Origin: Enoplolaimus lenunculus
Taxonomy: Eukaryota
Assembly: GCA_030248215.1 (NCBI GenBank)
Contig: JASANG010001414.1
Coordinates: forward strand, 744,001 to 808,000
Direction: 5' to 3'
Length of the DNA: 64,000 nucleotides
A program made the translations under genes and the position numbers. This document shows positions 1 through 11,700 of the stretch, in pieces (the stretch's first letter is position 1; the number at the start of each line of letters is the position of its first letter). The notes beneath the pieces are model-generated. The model was not told the DNA's origin, did not search any database, and saw nothing but the letters and a program-made list of their open reading frames with translations.

Positions 1-37
1 TTTAGCATATTATTACTCAGCATTAGTTTGAAATTCG

Positions 38-227
38 TTCAAATGTATAGAACGGGGCCATAACAGCAGAATAAGGTATACTCCAAAGCCTAAACCTTAG
101 CCAAGCCTAAACCTAGGCGTTCGAATGAGCTTATACGTAAGCCTAAGTCTAAGTAAAATAATTAGTCTAAAGCTTAAGCTTACAGTCCCGCGTAAAAACC
201 GGTCCGCCCCTTATATTTACATGGGCC
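38..227. mobile_element. Merlin-type MITE, subfamily B, with TTAGGC array
   Basis: Right end TTTACATGGGCC; flanks gaaattcg/gaaatttg (7/8 TSD); internal GCCTAA units. Confidence 0.7.
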
Positions 228-360
228 GAAATTTGATACACCTGAAAAGCCTGCATCTGTCCCTGTGTATAACAAAGAACGTAGTTTCTGCCGCTGTTTA
301 TAACACAGAACTTAGCTTCTGCCCCTGTGTATAACAAAGTATTTAGTTATTTTATTACAG

Positions 361-3300
361 CATGTATTGGAACGATTATCTGAACCATACGGGAAATGTG
401 TTGAAGATGGCAAAAACATTGATTACATTTATTCTCATAAATACTCAACTGAGGTAAGAAGCAGCGTTCAACAGCTTTCAAATATACTCACCACAGCGGC
501 GAAAATATGGCTGTTTTGTAACTTGTTGCGTTCGATCGCAATTTCAATAGAAGGCAATATGTTTAAATTTGAACTAAACTGATAGCAAAACTGCAATATA
601 CAGTGACAAGGATTCAACTGAAGCCCCAGTCACAAGTGTAAATTTTTGCAGCGAGTACTCGCAACTGGCACTTGCACGAAATACTTACAGCTGCAAGTAT
701 TTTGAAATGAACATGCTGATTGATGTATCAAACTGCAGGTGCAAGAAATTCAAGCGACTTGCAACTGCGTTCACAGGTGCGAATTAAATTCAATAGCATG
801 AATTCCAGTGTATAATGTGCAGCTGCAAGAACTTCAATGCTGTTTTGTGACCAAACTTGTACATGCAAGTGGTACGTGCCAGTTATTGCTGCAAATACTT
901 TCACGTGCGTATAAGGCTTTATGCTTTGCCCAAATGCTCTGCTTGCATACCGTAACCAAACATTCAACTGCCGCCCATGGCAGGCATTTGAAGAGAAATG
1001 ATACACAGCTGATTTATGAGATATTATTTTATTATTATTATTATTATAATTATAATTATTTTTTACTTTTATGTCAATCTATGTACTTTACCTCAAAAAA
1101 CTTAAGCACGGGTAGTTATAAACGTCTGCTGAATACTGGCACGCCCGTTTGACCGGTATCCGTAAGAAGCAGAGAGGGCGCCAGAAGGGACGAGCTTACA
1201 GCGAAAAAATTCTGGCTCTCCTACCAAATTTTCAACGTTGCTTGTAAGTCATCGAAAACTCTTGTTTGATCCTGCTGAAAAATTAGTAGTCCTCTCAGTA
1301 AGGTGGCTGGCTACGGGCCTGATCTGACTTTAACATCGTCTACTATTCCGATTGCAGGGCTGCTATCGAAGTTGCTTTCAAAAACTGATCTTGAAAACGT
1401 GTGGCTGTGGCGATCCGCGGTTTCCTGTGCCCAAGTTCGGGCAAACCTGTAAAGCTGAAGATATACTGAAAAGTAAAATATTACTTAATTTTAAGGCAAC
1501 TGGTTAATAAATGTTCTACTTGATCGGTCGGAAATGCTCTAAATAGTACCATGAGTTCATGATACAAGAGTGTGCAACTTTTGGGGTCCGCACGGTACAA
1601 AATACACCACCTGGGGTTGCGTTTTTGACCGACCCCCCCTTATTTAGAGGGTGGTCGCTGTCACATGCAATACCCCAAAATTAAACTGTAAGCAGAGCAT
1701 TTTTGATGTCGGATCCATAAAGTGCCATGGTTCGCAACAGGTTGTACCTCCCTCTAAATAGGGTAGTCGGTCAAAAACGCAACGCGTGCCTGATACATTT
1801 TGCACCATGCGGGAAACCCCACGAGTTGCATACTCTTGTATCATCAACTCTTGGTGGTACTAAAACTATTAAACGGTGCTGTAGAATTTTGCTTAGCATT
1901 TCAGATATTGCGAGTAGTTAAGTATATATAGTTGAGCGGTGCTCAAGCTAAGATTAAAGTCAAAAGTTAAGTTTATATTTTAGGAATTTGCGTACGTAAT
2001 GTAACCGAAGGCATCGGCGATTTCTACCGCGTTCAGGACGACTGTGAATGTGTACAGCCTTGCACGTAAGTCAGATAATTGAACCTACGACACAGGCCAG
2101 TAGCCAGCTCACCTTGCTGGGGGGAAGGGGGGGGGGGCAAAAAATTATTTAGGAGGCGTATTCAAGGGTTTTTAATGACTTGCAAACATGGTTGACAATT
2201 TTGTAGATGGGCCAAAGTTTTTCCAGGGGGGCTGAGCCACCCTGGTCCCCCTTGGCTACTGGCCTTTTTTGTAGACTTCCTCAGCAGTTTGCGTTTACTC
2301 ATGTCCGCAAAAGTTATGGCGTATAATGCTGGCCCGTAGCCAGCTCACCTTACTAGGGGGCTCAAAAATTTTCAGTATGGACATTCAAGGTTTTTTAATG
2401 ACTTACAAGCAAGATTGAAAATTTTCTATGGGGAGCAAAATTTTTCCATGTAGGCTGAGCCCCCCCGGCCCCCTTTGGCTACGTGCCCGGTATAATATTT
2501 TTAAAGTGTTCCAACGCGGAACACTGCAGATTTAAATAAATATGTATGTACCAAGCAAAATTAAACTTTGTTTTGGGGAAAACAAAACGGGGGTATGGGG
2601 TTGTGGCTGCGCCGGCACTGCTAAACGCTGAATAATATTGATTGCTGTCCAAAATTTTGCACATGCAACACTGTTTGTAACATAACGTTTTACTTGCAAT
2701 TGCTAATTTTTCGTGTTAAAAACCTGAAAACGTTTTGTTTCAAAGGTTTGAGCTTATGTTTTAGCGAATTCATCTACCAAGTGACTTATTCAGCGGCTAA
2801 TTGGCCAGCTTTCAAACATCAGGTACGTCAAATAGTGACACGGAGGACAACTGTTGCTTATAAGCACTGCTAGCATAAAAAATTTCGGCAGTTAACGTAG
2901 CGCTATACTTGTGACGCAGCGGCGTTCGTCATCGTCCGACGCCCCTTGCGTCTCCATGCGTCATCGTTCGTCATCATTCGTTACCGTATAAAGAATAGTT
3001 GACGGACGGCGACGGACGGAGACGGACAGCGTCGGACGCCACTGGACGTCATCAAAAGTATAGCGCCACACACAAAAAAGTATTTCTGAATTTATTCAGA
3101 AAAGTGTTTTCTGTGGAAATCTGAAAAGTGTTGCTGATATTTAAGACAATTTTTCTAAAAATAACTGGAAAACGTTTATTTTCAGACTTTATTTCAAAAC
3201 TTGTTTGAAAACGGTTCTGTTATAACAGAAATACTTTTCAAGTGCACCTTGCTAATTACATTTCTTAAATGTAAGAAATTGTTTCTTAAATATCAGAAAT

Positions 3301-6140
3301 ATTATTTTGAGTGCATGCTTACAGCTTCAATACATAATATCTGTAAAATGTTTTTATCGATGTGGATATTAGGCGTCAAGCTTAACGTTCTTGCCATTAC
3401 ATTTTGATTGTCTGTTTGTACAAAATGTTTAATTTTGTTTTGAAAAATTCTCATTGAGTTTAAGTCAAAGGTTAAGATCAAAACTCTGGCATTTGAAATA
3501 CCGTCGTTTGGTAAACTTATTACGGAATAAAAGTATGTTTATAGGTTGGAACATGCGATTTCATCAAGGACAATAACACAGACTGCCTCAAATATTATAG
3601 GTAAATTGATGGACATTCGTTGTTTAAAATCTTAGCGTCATTGAATTTGTTGGCCTATGTAAAGATCACGAGTCTAACGTTTTTCTACGGTACTGCAGTA
3701 GAATAAGCTTACAGCTTTAGACAAATTTCTATTTCGATTTGGCTTCGGTTAGGCTTAGGTATAAACGCATTCTTACCCTAAAGCTAATGTTTAGGTTTAG
3801 GCTTTAGTGTAATATGCTTATAGTACTGTTACGTTCCTGTTCTATAGATTGGCTAATTTGTTTTCTATTCTGAAACGGGTTCAGTGCGTAGAACATACGT
3901 TTAGAATTCGTTAGATGATTGAAAACAAAATTAAAAATGAATGTTTTGAATAGCAAAACTTAACGGACATTAGCAAAATGCTTTGTTCTTCAAATTAAAT
4001 TAACCGCTCGTCCAGTTCATATGGGACGACTGCAAGTCAACTGAACTTTCATGGTGTACCCCTTTACATAATATACTACGCTGCAAATCTGATCGCGATA
4101 AGATATGACGCTACCCTCGTCGTCTCATACCAAGCGATACATGGTCCATGTTACTTTGAGGGCATACCGTTTTTTCCACAGGTCTTCACTAGAGTAAGCT
4201 TATCTTTTAGATTGTTTTTGCTTAGGCTTAGGCTTGGGTATAAACTAATATCTTTACGCTGAGACATAAACTTTAGCTTAGTCTTCACTGTTGCGCTCGT
4301 TTAAGTAACATTGGCCCAAAATGTTATAAATAGTATTGATTTTCAGAGAAAACACAGCTTTTATCGAGATTTACTATGAACAGTTGAATTTCGAGTCACT
4401 TCGTGAAAAAGAAGCTTATGGTGTAAGTATACTTTAGCGATTCAATTAACGTTTATATATTGTGACCGCATTTTCAAATGTTTGTACACTGCAAAAAACT
4501 GGTGAGTCAAATTGACTCCCACCGAAATAGGCTCTACGGGACTACACAAACTGAGTCAAATTCGACTGTGCAAGAGTCAAACATGCGACTATAGAGTGTT
4601 TAATTTGACTCTGGCGGAGTCGAAATGGACTCAGTTTGTGCAGTCCCGTAGAGCCTATTTCGAACACAGTCAATTTGACTCACCATTTTTTGCAGTGGGA
4701 AATTACCCCTTTTCTGTACAAAATTTGAGTTTTGCAACCACAACAGGTCGTGAATTTGAAAACCTATCACCAACTAGTAATGGGTGCTATGCACATTTGA
4801 GAATATGAGCCCAGATGGCCACAATGAAGCTATTCAATCTTAGTGATATAGTAAGTACGGTTGAACGGAACACGGTCTATAGGTTCCAGCCGTCCAAATC
4901 TTGCGTTCAACTAAAATAATATTTCGTTCTGTTTAATATTGTTTTACCTTTGGTATCCCGGTAAACCCTGCTTGAATAAAAGTTTAAACTTTCAAGTGTT
5001 GGCACCAACACAACTGCACGAGTGACATAAGAATCAGATACACAGCCTTTTAGTGTATACCCCTCTAGTTCAATCAGTGACTCAAAAATATACCTATTCA
5101 CACGGCGTTTTCCACGCTGATTAGGTTATTTTATTGATCAAATTAGCAAGAATTTTAAAATATTGATCAATTTCTATGATGCAATGATTTTTAAGTTGAT
5201 CAAACCAGTATCGCATATTAAAGAGTGTTTTCAGATTGAAAGTCTTCTATCCGATTTCGGCGGTAACATCGGATTGTGGATCGGATTTTCAATGATAACA
5301 GTCGTTGAATTTTTAATTTTGTTCACTGAAGCGATCATTTATTGTTGTGGTGACGAGCCGAAACGGCGTCGACTGTACGCAGCGAACGCTCGCGCTCGAC
5401 GAAAACAAAAGGAACGCGAACTGCGACGACAAGCACAACGAGCGTCAGCGCAACAGCGGCATCTGCAAAAATATCAACTCGAATCGCAATTTCAACACGA
5501 ATTAGCTACGTCATCGCAACATTATGACGCAACCAAACACGATTCAGATAGCAAATATTTATCGGCGTCTAAAATGAACAGTGTGCCGGCGACCGGTGGC
5601 GCAACTACGTCGAGCGCAACGATATCGCCTAGTAAACAGCCTGCCAATTCGGCACAAACGATTTCGAAACTACTTCCGGGTAAAGCTGGCGCACTTCAGC
5701 TTGCAGCTATTGGCCGACAACTTGCTACCTCCGCAGCGTCACCTTGTGCGAAACATTCTGATTCCGGCCGATCTTTAAGGGGACTTCGAAAAGTGCCCAG
5801 TAGTGCCAGCGCTCTCAGTGTGGCGTCTCAGCTGATGCCACTGGGCCGTATGTCGCCTAAAGTATCACAATCGCCTCATCATCAGTCTATTCGTGTTGCT
5901 CGCGATACTATCGCGTCGCCTGTGACCCCACCCGCAAGATCGTTGGCTACCCATTTCAGCAGGCAAGGGCAAGGACAAGTGAAATTTTCGACAAAAGCTG
6001 AAACGTCGAACCCGAATACACCAAACGCACCAAGCTCAGGAAGTAGCGCGTTGGAATTTGACCCTGCCATTCAAAGGGTGTCGCGTAGTCATCAGCAAAT
6101 GATCAATGGCGATAGGAATAATAACAACAATAACAATAAC

Positions 6141-6175
<35 letters not shown>

Positions 6176-6203
6176 TGATGACGTAGCTACGTCAGCACTG
6201 TGA
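361..6203 (+). CDS. unc-8: DEG/ENaC degenerin channel, UNC-8-like, 3' part (5' exons outside window). Exons 361-453, 1358-1472, 1984-2065, 2765-2822, 3545-3600, 4347-4422, 5235-6203
   Basis: All exons have AG/GT boundaries and join in phase: PYGKC...YSTE|GCYRSCFQKLILKTCGCGDPRFP...|CECVQPC|TEFIYQVTYSAANWP|...CLKYYR|ENTAFIEIYYEQLNFESLREKEAYG|IESLLSDFGGNIGLWIGFS. The TM2 and GxS filter segment closely resembles recalled nematode UNC-8. Confidence 0.9.
1565..1838. mobile_element. Tc1/mariner-type palindromic MITE
   Basis: TA|CAAGAGTGTGCAACT...AGTTGCATACTCTTG|TA with long internal inverted symmetry. Confidence 0.7.
3652..3854. mobile_element. Merlin-type MITE, subfamily B
   Basis: GGCCTATGTAAAGATC...ATAGATTGGCT with perfect 8-bp TSD aatttgtt. 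Confidence 0.8.
6117..6173 (+). repeat. (AAT/AAC)19 coding microsatellite, poly-Asn
   Basis: 57 nt in frame within the last degenerin exon. Confidence 0.95.
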
Positions 6204-6300
6204 TACATTTTTTTAGTTTACAGAATATAATACCGTATTAAACAATACAGTACCGCAGTTTTTATAAGAACAAAAAATTGAGCTGAGAAACAATGTCCTG

Positions 6301-6576
6301 TTTATTTATTGTGAGTGTTCCGGTTTACTTATTGTGAGTGTTCCGGTTTACTTATTGTGAGTGTTCCGGTTTACTTATTGTGAGTGTTCCGGTTTACTTA
6401 TTGTGAGTGTTCCGGTTTACTTGCGAGTGTTCCGATTTACTTATTGTGAGTGTTCCGGTTTACTTATTGTGAGTGTTCCGGTTTACTTATTGTGAGTGTT
6501 CCGGTTTACTTATTGTGAGTGTTCCGGTTTACTTATTGTGAGTGTTCCGGTTTACTTATTGTGAGTGTTCCGGTTT
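6301..6576. repeat. 23-bp minisatellite, ~12 copies (TTATTGTGAGTGTTCCGGTTTAC)
   Basis: Near-identical tandem units about 100 bp downstream of the degenerin stop codon. Confidence 0.95.
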
Positions 6577-6788
6577 AACGCAACTATTGGGTTTTCTCAA
6601 ATCTTTATTACAACTGTCGCGAATGAAAATTTCATTTCAAATGTGAGAAAGCGCGAAAGCGAAAATTAAACAGACTCTTAAATTTAAAGATTATCAACTC
6701 AACAATTGATGCGGTTTAGAGATAATACATTAACATGTCTACTTTGGTTTAAAACCTGCGTTCTCAAATGTGCATAACTACTTGATTC

Positions 6789-6976
6789 GGCCCATGTTAC
6801 TTTAAGCGGCGTCCAGGTTTCTGGTGGGTCCATAAAAGAGTATTTAGATTTAGATTGTAGATTACATTTTTTTGCTCAGGCTTAGGTTTAGGAACGCATT
6901 TTGCAACGCTTAGGCGTACGCTTAGGCTTAGGAATACGCTTAATCTGCTGTTACGCCCCTTAAAGTAACATTGGCC
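6789..6976. mobile_element. Merlin-type MITE, subfamily A
   Basis: TIR GGCCCATGTTACTTTAAG/CTTAAAGTAACATTGGCC; TSD cttgattc/ctttattc. Confidence 0.8.
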
Positions 6977-8794
6977 CTTTATTCAGTAAATTGCAGGCAA
7001 TGGCGGATCCACTTTTGGACTACCCCTGAGTGCCCCCCCCCACAGCTGCTGACAAAGATTATATAGAGTCAATTGCTGTACAATAACTTCGCTTTTCAAA
7101 CACAATAGTAAGCACATAGTTTCTAGCCTGGAGTTATTTTGCGCTACAATTAGGGGGGAAAAATGTTTGGACTCAAACAAGTTCCTATATACAGAAACTT
7201 GCTTTAAACATTAGCTATTAAATGAACAGGCGGCACTAAATCTTTTGAACAGCGTGCCGAGCGAAGCATGGTTTCACACTGACTACGGACTTGTATCGTA
7301 AGCCGACAGGAGATGTAAAATTATGTAGCAAAGCCTACGAATTAGTATTCGTTTCTTAAGCGGCCCATGAAAAGATCAGGGGCGGAACGTTTTTTCTCTG
7401 GAACTGCAGTAGAGTAAGCTTAAGCTTTAGATTATGTTTTTGTTAACGCTTAGGCATATGCTTATACTATACTGTTACAGCACTGTTCTGTACATTGGCC
7501 CCTTGAGCATAGTGGATTTTGTTTAATATTAATTTATATTTTATATATGTATATATTTGGAGAATAAAGTAAATGTCATAACGATCAACGCATGTGCTTC
7601 TATTGTAAACATTACAGTTTGACGTGCGGTCAACTATATAAAATATATTCATTTCAAACGTGCATTACTTTCAATCAAAGTGTAAATTGTTTAATGTTGG
7701 CAGCAATTTTGGTCGAATCGTATATAACATGTAACAAAATTAGCACTCTGTATTCATTGTTTGACCCATTTAAAGATGCATTATTTTGTCTTGAAACTTC
7801 AAGACTTCTACTTTCTTAAATTTTCAAGACATAAATGTCTCGTATTTCAAACATTACTGGCCTGTAACAGTAATTTGTGTCTGAAATAGTTAAAACATAA
7901 ATGTCTTGTGTTGAACAAAGTGCTGTTGCTTATATTTATAAGACATAAATTTCGTCCTATCAAGAAATAGTTGTTATATTCAAGACTACATTTCTGATTT
8001 TTATGTATGTAAAAAAGTTGCCTCTTTCATATTCTTAGGAGTGTATGTAAATAATCAAATTTCAACAATATTTTGGATCAGGCTCAGGCTTCATCCCAAC
8101 CTATGTTTACGTGTTGGACGTATCTTACTTAAGTCGTAAAGTTAGGGTATTTCGCAGAGTTTTAGCCCGAATTTTGAAGTAATTTTCTTTCCTGGAAAAT
8201 CCTTGTTTCGCATTTCAGACAAATTTGCCATATATTTCAGAAATAACGATTTTATACTTCAAAAGTATTTCTTCTAATCGTTCATAAAGCAAAATCTTGA
8301 CTGTCAGGCTTTTAAGTCTATAAAAATGTCTCAAACCTGTATATATTTCTGAAATATTTAAGAAATAAAAGTCTGCAATTATAGACATGTATATGTCAGG
8401 AGTCTGTATTAAGATATAATTGTCTTATACTGGAATCTAAAACATGTATATGACTAAAGTCTGTAAAAAGACATGGATCCCTCAAAAAAGAGATTATGAT
8501 ATATTAAAAATGACAAAACTGCCACTAAATTGTAGTTGGCCCAATATTAAAAAACAAAATAACTTAAAGCCCCTTACAGCATAAACTATGAAAGCTTAAA
8601 GCTGAACGTGAACAATGTGCGTTTACTTGAAACCTGAGCGTGTGAGCCTAAGATTAAGCCTGCACCGAAAAAACTAAGCCTACACCTAAAACATCAAATT
8701 ATCGCATAACCATGATAACTGTACGCTGCGCCTGTTACATGAACACAACGATCTGTTTTTTCCTAACTGAAAATTAAAATCCAGCAAAACGTAG

Positions 8795-11700
8795 TCAATA
8801 TTCTAAATTTTTCAAATCGTGAAACTTATACTCAAACGGCGACACCAGCTGTGTCGGAGGTACCAAATTTAGCGATCGTAACGTTGATTTTGACGACGTC
8901 GACTGTACCCGTTCAGCGTTGCGTCTCTCGAATGGCCTGTCCGACAGTTGACCATACTTCAACGTCTGCAACCCCCTGGCGTGTATATCATCAGCTACGC
9001 GGTCGTTCTCATTTACTGCCGCTGAAAAGCGTTGATTATGACTTCGTGCAATTTGTTCAAAATCCTCAGTAGTTGCTCCTCTATCGTGGGTACCATTTTG
9101 AATATGTACTTCGGTTCTGCTCCCAGTAGATATACCGTACATTTGAGCCCTGTACTCAGTTTGGACGTTTCTCTGGATTTGAGGCATCTTCTGGTCGTCA
9201 ATTTCGTAGCCATTATCAGCTTGCTCCACGATTGACACTTCACCCTTAGGAGCCTTTGCGACCGCTACCTTGTACCAAGGCATGATTGTTTTCACCAGAC
9301 TAGCCCGTTTTCGCAATAAAGCTTGTACCCTTCGGGTGTTCCGGTGGGAATACGTTCGCCGGACCGTATCCGGGACGTAATAAGTCGTGAAATCGCGTCG
9401 CAGTCGTCTCCATCGGTATGTAACTGCTTGTTTCATAGTTTGAGCTTCCTGAAAAAAGATCAATTTTACTTTTAGGGCCGTGTAGATTAATCATATTCCT
9501 AAGCCTAATCCTACGCGTTAAAAAGCGTTCACTTAACCATAAGCCTACGCCTAATGGCCTATAAAAGCCTATTCACACGTGCAAGTTTTTGCAGCGAGAA
9601 TTCAGACTATACTATCAAAACCTACCGTTTTGCAGTCCAACCCGAAAACGGACTGCTCTAAAGGTAACATGGGCCCTGAAGGCCCCTGAAAATCGTTGAT
9701 GTGTGCGACGCCATGCGAAACCGGAATATACAGTAGGACAAAAAGTTTAATACAAAATCTGGTATAACAACAATATTCATACTTACGATACAGACTCCAG
9801 ACGGCACGTAGGCAGGTGTAGGGGCCAATGTTACTTTAAGAGACGTAACACTAGATTAAGCGTATTCCTAAGCCTAAGCCTAAGCCTAAGCGTTGCAAAA
9901 GTGTATTCCTAAGCCTAAGTCTACGCCTAAGACTGAGCCTAAGTCTAAGCAAAAAATGTAATCTAGAATCTAAACCTACTCTTTTATAGAGCCACCAGAA
10001 ATCTGGACGCCCCTTAAATTAACATGGGCCGAAATACCAATCTTGGAAACATTATATTTAGCCAAGCGGCTTGCCAAGAATTGACTTTTAGTGCGTGATA
10101 ATTTACATTTTGTTCATCCACAACAGGCGGAATCGTACCTCGATATGACCGCTTTTCACAACTGCAACGCACGACCACGCAAGTTCCGCCATCAGTATAA
10201 AAATGCTAATCATCACTAAGAAATAAATGATAAAGAATACTCCTGAAAACAGAAATTTATATTTAAAAAAAATTTCAATTTAAAACCATTTAAACAGATT
10301 TAAAACTAAACAAAGCAGAAATTAATATTTCTAAAATTTCAATTTAAAAAACAACATTTAAACAGATTTAAAACTAAACAAAACAGAAAATAATATTTCT
10401 AAAATTTCAATTTAAAACACAACATTTAAACAGATTTAAAACTAAACAAAACAGAAATTAATATTTCTAAAATTTCAATTTAAAAAACAACATTTAAACA
10501 GATTTAAAACTAAACAAAGCAGAAATTAATATTTCTAAAATTTCAATTTAAAACACAACATTTAAACAGATTTAAAACTAAACAAAACAGAAATTAATAT
10601 TTCTAAAATTTCAATTTAAAACACAACATTTAAACAGATTTAAAACTAAACAAAACAGAAATTAATATTTCTAAAATTTCAATTTAAAACACAACATTTA
10701 AACAGATTTAAAACTAAACAAAACAGAAATTAATATTTCTAAAATTTCAATTTAAAACACAACATTTAAACAGATTTAAAACTAAACAAAACAGAAATTA
10801 ATATTTCTAAAATTTCAATTTAAAAAACAACATTTATACAGATTTAAAACTAAACAAAATAGAAATTAATATTTATAAAATTTCAATTTAAAAAACAACT
10901 TTTAAACAGATTTAAAACTAAACAAAACAGAAATTAATATTTCTAAAATTTCAATTTAAAACACAACATTTAAACAGATTTAAAACTAAACAAAACAGAA
11001 ATTAATATTTCTAAAATTTCAATTTAAAACACAACATTTAAACAGATTTAAAACTAAACAAAACAGAAATTAATATTTCTAAAATTTCAATTTAAAAAAC
11101 AACATTTAAACAGATTTAAAACTAAACAAAGCAGAAATTAATATTTCTAAAATTTCAATTTAAAAAACAACATTTAAACAGATTTAAAACTAAATAAAAC
11201 AGAAATTAATATTTCTAAAATTTCAACTTAAAAAACAACATTTAAACAGATTTAAAACTAAACAAAACAGAAATTAATATGTCTAAAATTTCAATTTAAA
11301 ACATACAACATTTATATAAACAGATTTGAAACTAAAATGCCAGCTTGGTATTTCACGAAACCAACTTAAAAGGCGGTGCCATGAGGTGGCGTAACTAGGA
11401 TTTCATTTCTAATGGGTTGTACTCCTGTATGAAAGTACATTACGCCGCAATGTGAGTAAATATTCGGTTAATAACTATGAAATATAGGTGATAATGAATA
11501 CTCCTGAAACGAACGAATTTATAGTTTCAATAAATATTTTTGAAAAACAAACACTTCAACTGTATCAATTAAATGGTCCATGTTACTTTAAGGGGCGTCC
11601 AGGTTTCTGATGGGTCCATAAAAGAGTAGGTTTAGATTCTAGATTACATTTTTTTGCTTAGGCTTAGGCTTAGGCGTAGGCTTAGGAACACGTTTTTGCA

